A DNA stretch of 64,000 bases from Cytophagaceae bacterium. GTDB taxonomy: Bacteria; Bacteroidota; Bacteroidia; Cytophagales; UBA9547. A program made the position numbers and the translations under genes. Shown here in pieces: positions 45,262 to 55,224 of the stretch. The stretch is from NCBI GenBank assembly GCA_027488865.1, contig JAIYAU010000025.1, positions 128,359 through 192,358 on the forward strand. The letters run 5' to 3'. Within the stretch, counting starts at the first letter, position 1. Every line of letters starts with the position of its first letter. Under the pieces are notes generated by a model. The model worked only from the letters and a program-made list of their open reading frames with translations, had not been told where the DNA came from and searched no databases.

Positions 45262-46359
45262 TTAATTTATAAACGGATCAGAAAAACGTTTATCATTAAT
45301 AAATGTAGAATCGGTTAACATTTTCAAAAACAGGATGATATCTGCTTTTTCCTTATTGGTTAATTTAAGAGATTTGCCATTTTTTTCGTTGCTTGCTCCT
45401 ATTATTAAAGGATCTAGTGTTGGACTGGTTTGTATATGTTCATTGTAGTGATCTAATACTTGTTCTAAAGTAGAAAATCGCCCATCGTGCATATAAGGAG
45501 CAGTTATGGCGATATTTCTAAGAGAAGGAGTTTTAAATTTTCCTTTATCAAATGGATTTCCCGTAACTGCCATAAGGCCAATATCTGGCTCAGTATCCAA
45601 TCCATTATTATGAAATCCTCTTAATGAAGTCAAATATCCACCATGGCAATCTCCACAATTCCCACCTCTAAGTCCCTCTTCAGGATTGGGATGGGTTAAA
45701 AAGAGATTTAAACCATTCAATTCATCTTCAGTGGGGGTATACTTATTTTTTAAATAAAGATCGTATTTAGAATTAGAGGTAATTAAGGCCCTTTCAAACT
45801 GTGCTATTGCTTTAGCCAAATTTTTTGAATTAATTATTGAATCTCCAAAAACAACATAAAATGCTTTAGGATAATAGGTTGTGTTTTGTAATTTACCCAC
45901 TGCAGCTTCCAAAGACTGATGTAATTCTATCGGATCTGAAATTGGCAAAAGTGCTTGTTCTTCTAGAGAGGAGGATCTTCCATCCCAAAAGAATTTATCC
46001 TGCCAAAACAAATTGGCCAAGGCCATACTTTGTTTGGTTCCTGCTATTCCATCTATCCCTACACTAAATTGATTGGGATCTGCAAAGCCAAATTTCTGTT
46101 TGTGACACGACCCACAAGACATGGTATTGTCAGCAGATAACTTCTTTTCATAAAAAAGCCTTCTTCCAAGCGCCACCCCAGAATCTGTGAGTGGGTTGTC
46201 TGCTGGTATTTTATAGCTACCAAAATAAAATGGAACATTAAGTTGGTAAGTATTATTTACAACTGCATTTTGAACTTTAGGATTCTCTTTATTTTTATTA
46301 CAGGCAATCAATACAATTGTAAAAAAAATCAAAATCCATTGGCGAGTTGTAAATTTCAT
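45262..46359 (-). CDS. di-haem cytochrome c peroxidase paralogue
   Basis: Lipobox LIAC, CGSCH and CGDCH motifs, and TPSLRNIAITAPYMHDGRFSTLEQVLDHY. Confidence 0.85.
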   Translation of the reverse strand: MKFTTRQWILIFFTIVLIACNKNKENPKVQNAVVNNTYQLNVPFYFGSYKIPADNPLTDSGVALGRRLFYEKKLSADNTMSCGSCHKQKFGFADPNQFSVGIDGIAGTKQSMALANLFWQDKFFWDGRSSSLEEQALLPISDPIELHQSLEAAVGKLQNTTYYPKAFYVVFGDSIINSKNLAKAIAQFERALITSNSKYDLYLKNKYTPTEDELNGLNLFLTHPNPEEGLRGGNCGDCHGGYLTSLRGFHNNGLDTEPDIGLMAVTGNPFDKGKFKTPSLRNIAITAPYMHDGRFSTLEQVLDHYNEHIQTSPTLDPLIIGASNEKNGKSLKLTNKEKADIILFLKMLTDSTFINDKRFSDPFIN

Positions 46360-46405
46360 TTAATAATTAATCTGTTTTATTTAAACTATAAATAAAAAAA
46401 ACTGT

Positions 46406-47818
46406 TTACCAAATTTTTCTATTAATGTCGAATCCCTCCAAATAATCTGCCACTTTCCTTACAAACATGCCTCCTAAAGCACCATCTACCACGCGATGGT
46501 CATAAGAGTGAGATAAAAACATCATGTGACGAATCCCTATGGCATCGCCATATTGGGTTTCTACTACGGCTGGCTTTTTCTGAACAGTTCCAAAGGCCAT
46601 AATAGCTATCTGTGGTTGTACGATTATTGGTGTGCCCATCACGTTGCCAAACGAACCCACATTAGACATAGTGTATGTACCATCAGCCAATTCATCTGCA
46701 GTTATTTTGTTTTCTCTGGCACGTTTTGCAAGGTCATTTACCTTTTTAGTGATACCTACAATACTTAATTGGTCTACATTTTTTATAACAGGAACTATTA
46801 AATTTCCTGTTGGCAAAGCTACTGCTAAACCGATGTTTATATATTTTTTTACAATAATTTTATCACCTTCCACTGTTGCATTTATGAGGGGATAATCTTT
46901 GATAGCCCTTGCGATGGCTTCAATGAAGAGAGGGGTCAAGGTAAGTGCATCACCTTCTTTGTTCATAAACTCGTGTTTCACTTTATTTCTCCAATACACA
47001 AGGTTGGTAACATCCGCTTCCACAAATGATGTAACATGGGCAGATATTTGCTGAGATTCAAGCATTCTTTGTGCTATCATTTTACGCATTCTGTCCATTT
47101 CAATTATCTCAGTTTCACCACCAAATGAAATGGCTGGTTTAACTGGCTCTATGTAAGTATCATTTGAAGTTACTGGAGTTATAATTTCATTAATTTCTGG
47201 CTTGTTTGTTTCAAGATTTGCCAAATATGTGTCATCTATAATAGTAGTTGTACTTACTACCTCATCCACAAGTGATACAGGAGTTTGAACAACCATGTTA
47301 TTATTGCTACGAATTCTTATATAATGTAGCATGTCTGATTTAGTCAAACGGCCGTCTAATCCAGTGCCTGGTATCAGCTCTAACTCTTGAAGGGGGATTC
47401 CTTCTTGTTTGGCCATATTTAAAACTAATGGAGAATAAAAACGGCCTACCACGGGGCTAGTAAGCAGCTGCGTGAATTTTTGTTGAATATCTTCTTGTTG
47501 AATTATTGGAGTTTCCACAACAATTGGTTTGTTAATTTCTGGCTCTGAAAATACAGTTGGCTTAACCGGCTCATCCACATTGGTAGATATAATTGCGATG
47601 GTGTGACCGATTTGCACAATATCTCCTTCTTTGGCAATAATTTTGGTAATTGTGCCGGCATGTGTTGAGGGAATTTCAGTATCTACCTTGTCCGTAGCAA
47701 CTTCTAGAATAGATTCATCCACCTTAATCACATCACCCACATTTTTAAGCCAACGGATGATGGTACCTTCCATTACACTTTCGCCCATTTTGGGCATTAC
47801 CATTTCGATGATCGCCAT
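46406..47818 (-). CDS. 2-oxoacid dehydrogenase E2 (dihydrolipoyl acyltransferase)
   Basis: Lipoyl domain (EVATDKVDTEIPS), a peripheral-subunit-binding domain, and a catalytic domain with SHSYDHRVVDG. Confidence 0.9.
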   Translation of the reverse strand: MAIIEMVMPKMGESVMEGTIIRWLKNVGDVIKVDESILEVATDKVDTEIPSTHAGTITKIIAKEGDIVQIGHTIAIISTNVDEPVKPTVFSEPEINKPIVVETPIIQQEDIQQKFTQLLTSPVVGRFYSPLVLNMAKQEGIPLQELELIPGTGLDGRLTKSDMLHYIRIRSNNNMVVQTPVSLVDEVVSTTTIIDDTYLANLETNKPEINEIITPVTSNDTYIEPVKPAISFGGETEIIEMDRMRKMIAQRMLESQQISAHVTSFVEADVTNLVYWRNKVKHEFMNKEGDALTLTPLFIEAIARAIKDYPLINATVEGDKIIVKKYINIGLAVALPTGNLIVPVIKNVDQLSIVGITKKVNDLAKRARENKITADELADGTYTMSNVGSFGNVMGTPIIVQPQIAIMAFGTVQKKPAVVETQYGDAIGIRHMMFLSHSYDHRVVDGALGGMFVRKVADYLEGFDINRKIW

Positions 47819-48008
47819 TGTAGAATTGAATTAATTGTAGCAATTTTAAGCTTAAATAACGAATATTTAAAATGAATCGGAAGATTTTGGGATTGAAAAA
47901 TAAAATAATCTTTACCAAATATTATAAACATCTGATAAATTGATACTTACAATAATGTCAGGACTTTATTCCCTAATCCAATATTAAGTTTTCATTATTT
48001 ACAAAAGA

Positions 48009-48037
48009 CCTGTTAGGTTTAAATAAATCCTGACAGG
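48009..48037 (-). terminator. hairpin downstream of the LRR gene
   Basis: CCTGTTAGG / CCTGACAGG (8 of 9 bp) with T-rich flanks on both strands. Confidence 0.4.
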
Positions 48038-48058
48038 CATTTTTATTTGCAGGGAGGG

Positions 48059-49570
48059 TTAATAGTATGTAATTGCACAATTTGGATGCGTCTTTTTATA
48101 ACCTGCAGCTTCACCTTTTGAAATATTTGTATGGTACATTTTGAACTCGGAAATGTAAGAATACTTTTTTACTGGGTCTAAAGACGAAATTTCTGTACCC
48201 GCTATATTTAGTTCTCTTACCACATTAAAATTTTTAATTGGCGACAAGTCTTTTACTAGCGTGTGTGACAATGACAACTTGGTAATATATCCCATTTTAG
48301 AAATAGGCTCAAGGGTGGTAATTGGGTTAAAATCAATGTATAAAAAGGCGATTTTATAATTATTACTAATGGGTGCCAAGTTAGTTATCTTATTGTTAAA
48401 TATATCCAACCTCACTAAGTCAATCATATTGCGGAGAGGGTCCAAGCTTTCTACTTGGTTTTTACCAAATCTTAAATCTGTTATTTTGATTAAATCCTTT
48501 ACGGCGTTAACATTAGTAATCTCATTTAAGCTACAATTAAATTTTTCCATATTTACAAGCCCCTTCACAGAATCAATAGTCTTTAATAAATTTTCAACAC
48601 ATTCAAAATCTGTAAGTTTAACCAAATTTTGCACTGCATCTATATTGGTAAGTTCGTTTGAATTAACATATAACTTTCTTAAACTTTTTAAATTTTTTAT
48701 TGGCTCCAGATCTCTAACTTTGGTTTTATTAATATTTAGTTCACCCATAAACTTGAGGTTAGCAATTGGCGCCAAGGAAGAAACCGCAGTGTTGGAAAGA
48801 TCAAGTTTTCGTAGTTCAGTAATCTTTTCTAGTGGTGAAATATCCGAAATATTGGTTCCTGCCAAATTAAGCTCAAATATATAGGGTAGGTTTTTAAGGT
48901 CATTTTCTGAAGGTAACTCAGCCATGTTATTCTTTTTGATAAAGATTTCTTTCCACTGCGGCGTAAGGGTGACCCACCAAGCCGTATATTCGGGCAAAGG
49001 CAAAAATTGATTTTCACCTTGTTTACTTATCGAATAAATCTGAGGATTTTTTATTTGGTTTAATTCTTTATCAAACCTGACAAAAAATGTTAATTGAACT
49101 GTTCGTTCTTTTACAATTGTATCAATTTTAATTAGTGAATCAACTTGTTGATAACGATAGGTTTTATTGACAATACTTTTAAGAACTGTAATTTTAAAAT
49201 CATAAGTATTTCTCATGAAGTTAAGCTCTGGCTTACTTACTGTGGTTATGTCACACTTTATCACCGTATTTTTTATTTCTTCACGATATTTTTTAATATA
49301 GTCTTTAATAGGTAGATATCCCGTTCCTATACTGTCCATATCATTAAATGTGGGGACATCTATAGTATAAAAATCTGGCAAAAGTGTTACCATTCCCGAC
49401 TTTTTTAATGCTGGTGCAGCGGCGGAGTCCGATAATAAGTTAAGGCAGTTGGTGTAATTTTTAAGGATTCTAGTGGCCTCAATCTTGGCACTATTAGTAA
49501 GATCTTGAGCACTTAATACCAAGAAACAACTAAAAGATAGTATAAAAAATATTTTGCTTATATTGTTCAT
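48059..49570 (-). CDS. secreted leucine-rich-repeat (internalin-like) protein
   Basis: Signal peptide. The C-terminal ~300 aa are ~22-residue LRRs (L..L..L.L..N.I.DI.PL). Confidence 0.85.
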   Translation of the reverse strand: MNNISKIFFILSFSCFLVLSAQDLTNSAKIEATRILKNYTNCLNLLSDSAAAPALKKSGMVTLLPDFYTIDVPTFNDMDSIGTGYLPIKDYIKKYREEIKNTVIKCDITTVSKPELNFMRNTYDFKITVLKSIVNKTYRYQQVDSLIKIDTIVKERTVQLTFFVRFDKELNQIKNPQIYSISKQGENQFLPLPEYTAWWVTLTPQWKEIFIKKNNMAELPSENDLKNLPYIFELNLAGTNISDISPLEKITELRKLDLSNTAVSSLAPIANLKFMGELNINKTKVRDLEPIKNLKSLRKLYVNSNELTNIDAVQNLVKLTDFECVENLLKTIDSVKGLVNMEKFNCSLNEITNVNAVKDLIKITDLRFGKNQVESLDPLRNMIDLVRLDIFNNKITNLAPISNNYKIAFLYIDFNPITTLEPISKMGYITKLSLSHTLVKDLSPIKNFNVVRELNIAGTEISSLDPVKKYSYISEFKMYHTNISKGEAAGYKKTHPNCAITYY

Positions 49571-49590
49571 ATAAATACGATTAACGACAA

Positions 49591-49614
49591 AAGCCTTCTT
49601 AAAAAAGAAGGCTT
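49591..49614 (-). terminator. hairpin between the DUF1987 gene and the LRR gene
   Basis: AAGCCTTCTT-aaaa-AAGAAGGCTT, a perfect 10-bp stem with a weak T-tract on the minus strand. Confidence 0.4.
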
Positions 49615-49638
49615 AAAATATAATATTATAAGAACAGA

Positions 49639-50013
49639 CTAATAAGTTCTAAATTCAAAAGGCACTTCAACCAGCTCAGAAAATTCTTCACCAGCTTCTT
49701 GCATGTCTTCGTCATCATCTCTATGGAACCATAGAATTCTAACTTCCATACCTGCCTCTTTGCAGTTTTCTAATTTAGTTAATACATCCAATATCAACTT
49801 AGAAGATGCTGTATTAAAATACTCTAACTTAAATTCGAAATCAACGCTTTTAATTCCTGAAGTTTTTAAACCCTCAAGCCAATTGAGAACAGGCTTGTAA
49901 AATTCGGCTGAATCTTCTGGCAATGACCTTCCTGATATTTCATATATACCAGAATCTGCATTTAACATTATTTTAGGTGTATCTTCAGTACCTTCTAAAA
50001 ATATTTTGTCCAT
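49639..50013 (-). CDS. DUF1987 (SiaC-like) partner-switch protein
   Basis: MDKIFLEGTEDTPKIMLNADSGIYEISGRSLPEDSAEFYKPVLNWL is the DUF1987 N-terminal signature. Confidence 0.8.
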   Translation of the reverse strand: MDKIFLEGTEDTPKIMLNADSGIYEISGRSLPEDSAEFYKPVLNWLEGLKTSGIKSVDFEFKLEYFNTASSKLILDVLTKLENCKEAGMEVRILWFHRDDDEDMQEAGEEFSELVEVPFEFRTY

Positions 50014-50045
50014 GAGTGAAAAAGAGTTTTATGTGTTGAGTATTA

Positions 50046-50618
50046 TTACAGCAAGGCCTTTTCTCTAGAAATTTTTGTTTTCAAGGAGAAGAACGTGTAG
50101 TTGTCATCAATTGGTTCAAAGGAGAATTCCAGTTTTTGACCTGATTTTCTGGCCATATCCACAAAACCCAATCCAGCACCACCTTTATCGGAAATACTTC
50201 CTGTAGTAATAATTTCTTTGTAAAGTGCCTTAAGACCATCTTTATCCAAACTGTTAATTTTCTCTAGTTTAGATTCCAAATTAGGCACAAATTCATTCGA
50301 CATGGGATTGCCAGAAATAATGATATACTCATTAAACTCTAACCCTATCATGAATACGGCACCAGTGCGCAAATCACTAAATGAAAACTGTGTATCTTCT
50401 GTATGTTTACAAATGTTTTGGAGACATTCTACCATCACATTAAAAACTTTTCTTTTGATACTTTCCTCTTCACCAAAAGATTCCAGATTTCTTTCTGCCA
50501 TAGAAAGTACCGATTTGGTAATTTCTTGGGTAAACTCACCTTCATAAACTAAAATGATTTTTCTTTCAATCATTAGTTTGTGAAGGTCGAAAATGTAACG
50601 CATGTCTTGCTTGCTCAT
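50046..50618 (-). CDS. SiaB-like protein kinase (GHKL/anti-sigma-kinase fold)
   Basis: 190 aa. ILVYEGEFTQEITKSVL... with a C-terminal GGAGLGFVDMARKSG ATP-lid-like motif. It lies between the PP2C and DUF1987 genes, as in sia loci. Confidence 0.7.
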   Translation of the reverse strand: MSKQDMRYIFDLHKLMIERKIILVYEGEFTQEITKSVLSMAERNLESFGEEESIKRKVFNVMVECLQNICKHTEDTQFSFSDLRTGAVFMIGLEFNEYIIISGNPMSNEFVPNLESKLEKINSLDKDGLKALYKEIITTGSISDKGGAGLGFVDMARKSGQKLEFSFEPIDDNYTFFSLKTKISREKALL

Positions 50619-50684
50619 ACAGTAAAAATTAAAGGCTACACTATGGTACTTACTATGTTTTATTAAAATTAAAAAACCTATTTA

Positions 50685-53600
50685 CTAAAATTTAATACCT
50701 ATTAAAAGTACGTCATCAGTTTGTTTTGTACCAAACTTCCAATCTTCAAATAATTTGTCAAAATTGGCATTCATTTGATCCATTGGTGTGTTTGGATTTT
50801 CATTTATTAGATTACGTATTCTAGCGGGAGAAAGTTTTCTATTTTCTGGCCCGCCAAATTGATCAGGGTATCCATCAGAACAGAAATATATTGAGTCTCC
50901 TAAGTTCAATTTCACTTTATGCGTAACGAAGTTAGTTTGATTCCTATAAATACCTCCCCCTATCGGGAATTTGTCACCTTTAAACTCAAGAAATTCACCC
51001 CCTTTAATAGCAAATAACGGCCTATGCGCACCTGAATATTCCACCTCATTTGTTTCGGTATTTATCTTCACAAAGGCTATATCCATGCCATCTTTGGTTT
51101 CAGAACCTTCCACATCTTGGCGCAAGGTTTGTGTTACACCTCGATCTAGCGCATCCAATATTTCACCAGTGGTTTTATATTTTCCACTATTAACAACATC
51201 ATTCAGGATAAAATAACCTATCAAAGACAATAGCGCACCTGGCACTCCATGACCCGTACAATCTACTGCGGCAATATAAATAAATTTATCAATTTTCATA
51301 AACCAAGGAAAATCACCACTCACCACATCTTTCGCTTTATAGAGAATAAAGGATTGTGGCAAATATTTATTTATGACTGAATTATCAGGCAATATTGCCT
51401 TTTGAATTCTTTGAGCATAGTTGATACTTTCGGTAATTTTTTTGTTTTTCGTTTGTATTTCTACTTCCGCTTGTTTACGTTCTGTTATATCACTTGATAC
51501 CAATAAAATAGACTCTAAAGTACTATTTTCACCAAATTCAGGAATCGCATTTACAGACATTACTTTGAGACCTTCCGCCGTTGGAAAATTCATTTCTCGG
51601 TTTATTTTCTCCTGTTCGTTTATTACTGTTTGAATAATATTTTCCCAATCTTTGACCACCCCTTGGTTAAGCTCTGTTTCTTGTAGGAACTTTTGGTTAA
51701 AATCACTATGAGGTTTGCCAGTAAGTTTTTCAATAACCGGGTTTACATAATAAAACTTACCTTTTGTATTAATTCTGCAAATAAGATCTGGCGAATTTTC
51801 AGAAAGTGACTGCATTTGACTTCGCATACGACTCTCTTTTTCCGCCAGCTTGCGCACGGTTATATCCCTTGAATTGATTACTATGCCACCAATTGATTCG
51901 TCTTTAATAAGATTTTTGGCAGTGGCTTCCATCCATATTTCTTCCCCGTTTTTCTTACGATATATGTATTCTAGAGTAGCGGTATTAGATACATGCGCTG
52001 CAACTCCTTCAAGCATTTTAGCAAAATCATCTTGATAATCGATGTTAACTTTATCCTCAAAATCCTTCCACATGAGATCTTCTTGCTCGTAACCTGCTAT
52101 GCTATGAATAGATGGACTTACATAAGAGATGTATCCCTTATCATCACAGATGTAAATCACTTCTTGAGAATTTTCTAGTAGTACGTGAATTTTCTTTTGT
52201 GACTTACTTACTTCGTTAATTTGCTCTTCTAGTTTTAGATTAGTTCTTTTGAGTTCTTCCTGTGTTGCTTGCATTTCCTCAGCATTTTGCTGCAACATCA
52301 TCGATTGTTCTTTTAACTCACCAGACATTTTTTGTGATGCATCTAACAGTTTTCTTGTTCGGTCGTTTACTTGAACGTTAAAAATAGAGCGTGCGATTAT
52401 TTCACTAATCTCTCTAATCAACAAGATTTGTTGTTGGCTAAATTTATAGATTGAAGCAAATTCTATAGCACCATATACATTTTCGTTGGTAATCAACGGC
52501 ATAATCAAGATAGATTGTGGACGCTTATCTCCTAACAACCCTGACTTAATAGAAACGTAATCTTTAGGAATTTCAGTACGGTGTATTAAATCTCGTTCAA
52601 TAACAGCTTGACCCACTAGACCTTCGCCAATTTTAAAACTTTTGCTTAAGTACTTTTTTCTATTGTAAGCAAAGGCATTTTGAAGTTGTAGAAACTTTTG
52701 ACCTGATTTATCATCTTCCTCTATGATATAAAAAGCACCTTGAACGGCATCAACTTTTTTACATAAATATTGGATTAATTTATCCCCAAGTTCTTCTAAG
52801 TTGTTGTATGTGTTTAAAATAGTGCTTACATCGGCTATGGATGAAACAATTAAATTTTGTTCTTCATCTTTAGCTGCAGCTACTTTTAGGCTACGCCTCA
52901 TTTCTAACAGTGCTTGGCCAAGTGTATCGCTTTGGCTCAAAGGCACAAAATCCGCATCAAGCTCTCCTTTACCTATATTGTTGGCAAACAACGTGGTTTT
53001 CTTTAGTCCTGAAATGAGCTTTCTGATGGCCTCCTGAATATCGCCGATTTCATCATCCATCTTTTTCATAGAAAATTCTGGCAACTCCCCTCTACTCATT
53101 TGCACTAAAAAATCTTTGATTTGTTTAATTGATCCCACTACCGAACGAGACATATAAACTGAAACAAATATGCCAGAAAGTATCAATATGAAACCCAATA
53201 CAATAACACAAACCCTTATGTATTCGGATCGCTTGAGAAGTTCCTGCTCCAGATGCCTTTTAGTTTGATTGATGGTGTTGGAACTGGTTTTAAGTTTTTC
53301 AATTAATTCGGTGTAGTTTTGAGCATATTCGCTGTAGTAGCTAATTGCTAATGAGGCGCGACCAGATGAATCCAAAAGGTTTAAGTCTCCTTTATCCTTA
53401 ATTTTTTTAGTAATCTTTTCAAAATCTGCTAATGACGAATTAATATTTTCACGTATTTCATCGTTAGTTAACTGATTTTGAAGAGTAAGAAGATTATTTT
53501 TAACTAAGGTAAATTCAACATCATTAATCTTAGCAAGATTAGATGCAGCATTTACGTCACTGGAATTGGTAAAAAGCTTGGTGAGATTTTTTTCTGATTT

Positions 53601-53780
53601 GAACAAAAGTTCATTAAAATCATTAATTCCTTCTAAAGACGGATCAATAACGGTGTGTATTTCAGACAAAGTTTGTCTGTTTTTATTAAGTGCAACAATA
53701 CTTAAGGTGGCGATGGTAACGAAGAACACAATTATAACCGCAAACCCTAGAAAAATCTTTTGTGCTATCCCAAATTTCAT
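50685..53780 (-). CDS. membrane sensor: 4-helix-bundle-like periplasmic region, HAMP, GAF, three PAS, PP2C/SpoIIE phosphatase (SiaA-like)
   Basis: Two TM segments flank a ~165-aa helical domain. HAMP is followed by GAF, a coiled coil, PAS repeats and a C-terminal SpoIIE pattern (GDFPWF ... DCTGHGVPGA ... SDGYPDQFGG ... DDVLLIGIKF). Confidence 0.9.
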   Translation of the reverse strand: MKFGIAQKIFLGFAVIIVFFVTIATLSIVALNKNRQTLSEIHTVIDPSLEGINDFNELLFKSEKNLTKLFTNSSDVNAASNLAKINDVEFTLVKNNLLTLQNQLTNDEIRENINSSLADFEKITKKIKDKGDLNLLDSSGRASLAISYYSEYAQNYTELIEKLKTSSNTINQTKRHLEQELLKRSEYIRVCVIVLGFILILSGIFVSVYMSRSVVGSIKQIKDFLVQMSRGELPEFSMKKMDDEIGDIQEAIRKLISGLKKTTLFANNIGKGELDADFVPLSQSDTLGQALLEMRRSLKVAAAKDEEQNLIVSSIADVSTILNTYNNLEELGDKLIQYLCKKVDAVQGAFYIIEEDDKSGQKFLQLQNAFAYNRKKYLSKSFKIGEGLVGQAVIERDLIHRTEIPKDYVSIKSGLLGDKRPQSILIMPLITNENVYGAIEFASIYKFSQQQILLIREISEIIARSIFNVQVNDRTRKLLDASQKMSGELKEQSMMLQQNAEEMQATQEELKRTNLKLEEQINEVSKSQKKIHVLLENSQEVIYICDDKGYISYVSPSIHSIAGYEQEDLMWKDFEDKVNIDYQDDFAKMLEGVAAHVSNTATLEYIYRKKNGEEIWMEATAKNLIKDESIGGIVINSRDITVRKLAEKESRMRSQMQSLSENSPDLICRINTKGKFYYVNPVIEKLTGKPHSDFNQKFLQETELNQGVVKDWENIIQTVINEQEKINREMNFPTAEGLKVMSVNAIPEFGENSTLESILLVSSDITERKQAEVEIQTKNKKITESINYAQRIQKAILPDNSVINKYLPQSFILYKAKDVVSGDFPWFMKIDKFIYIAAVDCTGHGVPGALLSLIGYFILNDVVNSGKYKTTGEILDALDRGVTQTLRQDVEGSETKDGMDIAFVKINTETNEVEYSGAHRPLFAIKGGEFLEFKGDKFPIGGGIYRNQTNFVTHKVKLNLGDSIYFCSDGYPDQFGGPENRKLSPARIRNLINENPNTPMDQMNANFDKLFEDWKFGTKQTDDVLLIGIKF

Positions 53781-53826
53781 AAAATTTTACTTTAAAAATT
53801 GTGATTACTATTTTTTGCTAATATGT

Positions 53827-54600
53827 TTAACTTAAAATGGCTTCAAGAACCACCTTGGTGCTTGTTACTATTTCTTCTATTTCTTTATCACTATATTCTT
53901 TAAAACTAGCTAATTCGGCGATAGCTACCGTTTGTTCATTTACAAATAATGGAACAATGATCAAATTAGAAGGAGATAACTCGCCCAACCCAGAAAGAAC
54001 CTTCATGTAACCAGCAGGTACTTCTTTAAGATATACAAATTGTCCCGTTTTAGCTACCTGTCCTGCTATTCCCTCGCCTACATGAATGGTGTCATGTGTA
54101 TTTTCAGTAATTACAAAGGCATAATGTACATTTAATCGCAATATGTTCTCTTCTTTAAGATATGTGACTGCTTGTGCAAACTCATATTTCGTACATAACA
54201 ATGACAGTATTTTCTCACTTCTTCTTAAGGCATCAGTTTCCTTTTCTTTTAGGGACCAGATATCCTCTTTAAACTTTTCCTGTTGCGCTAAATTAAACTG
54301 ATCCGCTTCCTCAGCTATATTGTTGATAGATTGGTTTACCGTTTCAGGTGTTGATTCCACCGTAATATATTTAATCACCTCGTTCTTATAGGTGATAAAA
54401 TAGGCAACTAGAAGTATTCCTAATACATTAGAAGCAATGATTATTGATTGAAATAAATTCCAATTTTTAATTCCAAATGGAAGCGCATTCACTTTAATGA
54501 TTCCATTAGAAGGTTCAATAAGCAATGTTATTAATGCCGAAAATGTGGCAAAAATCACAAAACTGATATTGAGGATATTAATAACTTTTTTATTTTTCAT
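53827..54600 (-). CDS. membrane-anchored GAF-domain protein
   Basis: Two N-terminal TM helices and a C-terminal GAF-like region (IHVGEGIAGQVAKTGQFVYL ... IIVPLFVNEQTVAIAELAS). Confidence 0.7.
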   Translation of the reverse strand: MKNKKVINILNISFVIFATFSALITLLIEPSNGIIKVNALPFGIKNWNLFQSIIIASNVLGILLVAYFITYKNEVIKYITVESTPETVNQSINNIAEEADQFNLAQQEKFKEDIWSLKEKETDALRRSEKILSLLCTKYEFAQAVTYLKEENILRLNVHYAFVITENTHDTIHVGEGIAGQVAKTGQFVYLKEVPAGYMKVLSGLGELSPSNLIIVPLFVNEQTVAIAELASFKEYSDKEIEEIVTSTKVVLEAILS

Positions 54601-54623
54601 TGGTGTTCAAATTTTCGTTTCAA

Positions 54624-55208
54624 TTAATCACAAAATGAATTTAAAAACTGTATTATTTCACTTGTTTTAAGTATTTGATCAATGGTAGTTATTTCTAAAG
54701 CTGCCTCAGGCATGGTAGTAATTGTACATTCTTTAGGATCTTGTACGATGGTATAACCTCCTCGATTTTTCAAACGTTTCATACCAATTGCTCCATCTTT
54801 ATTTGCTCCAGATAGTAGTATTCCTATTATCTTTTGTTTGTATACATAAGAGGCCGTATCAATAGTAATATCAATAGCTGGTCTTGAGTTATTTACCATT
54901 TCTTCTGTCGAAAGAGAAAAATAATTACCCAATTCGACACACAAGTGATAATTTGCTGGTGCCAGATAAACCATCCCTTTTTTAATAGCCTCTTTATCAG
55001 CAGGCTCAATAATTGGTTTTTTTGATTTAATCGACAACGCTTCCACAAATCCGTTTCGCACATGTTTAAGCCTATGCAAAGCCATGATGATAGGCAAATC
55101 AAATTTAGGGTTAATTTCACTCAATATTTTTGAAATCACCTGAAACGAACCAGCCGAACCACCTATTACTACCGCTTTATAAATCTCTTTATTGTCTATA
55201 ATGGCCAT
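54624..55208 (-). CDS. cheB: CheB-type protein-glutamate methylesterase, catalytic domain only (no receiver)
   Basis: VVIGGSAGSFQ...PIIMALHR...GANKDGAIG matches the CheB Ser/His/Asp catalytic-domain motifs. At 194 aa there is no room for a REC domain. Confidence 0.8.
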   Translation of the reverse strand: MAIIDNKEIYKAVVIGGSAGSFQVISKILSEINPKFDLPIIMALHRLKHVRNGFVEALSIKSKKPIIEPADKEAIKKGMVYLAPANYHLCVELGNYFSLSTEEMVNNSRPAIDITIDTASYVYKQKIIGILLSGANKDGAIGMKRLKNRGGYTIVQDPKECTITTMPEAALEITTIDQILKTSEIIQFLNSFCD

Positions 55209-55224
55209 CTTGATAAATGAGCTA

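Noticed and set aside
46406-47818. E2 acyltransferase without adjacent E1/E3 genes as an anomaly
   Set aside because: Dispersed 2-oxoacid dehydrogenase components are common in Bacteroidota genomes, and the sequence itself looks intact and ordinary.
48369-48884. 171-aa antisense ORF inside the LRR gene
   Set aside because: It is the shadow of the repetitive LRR coding frame. The sense frame shows canonical LRR periodicity and a signal peptide.
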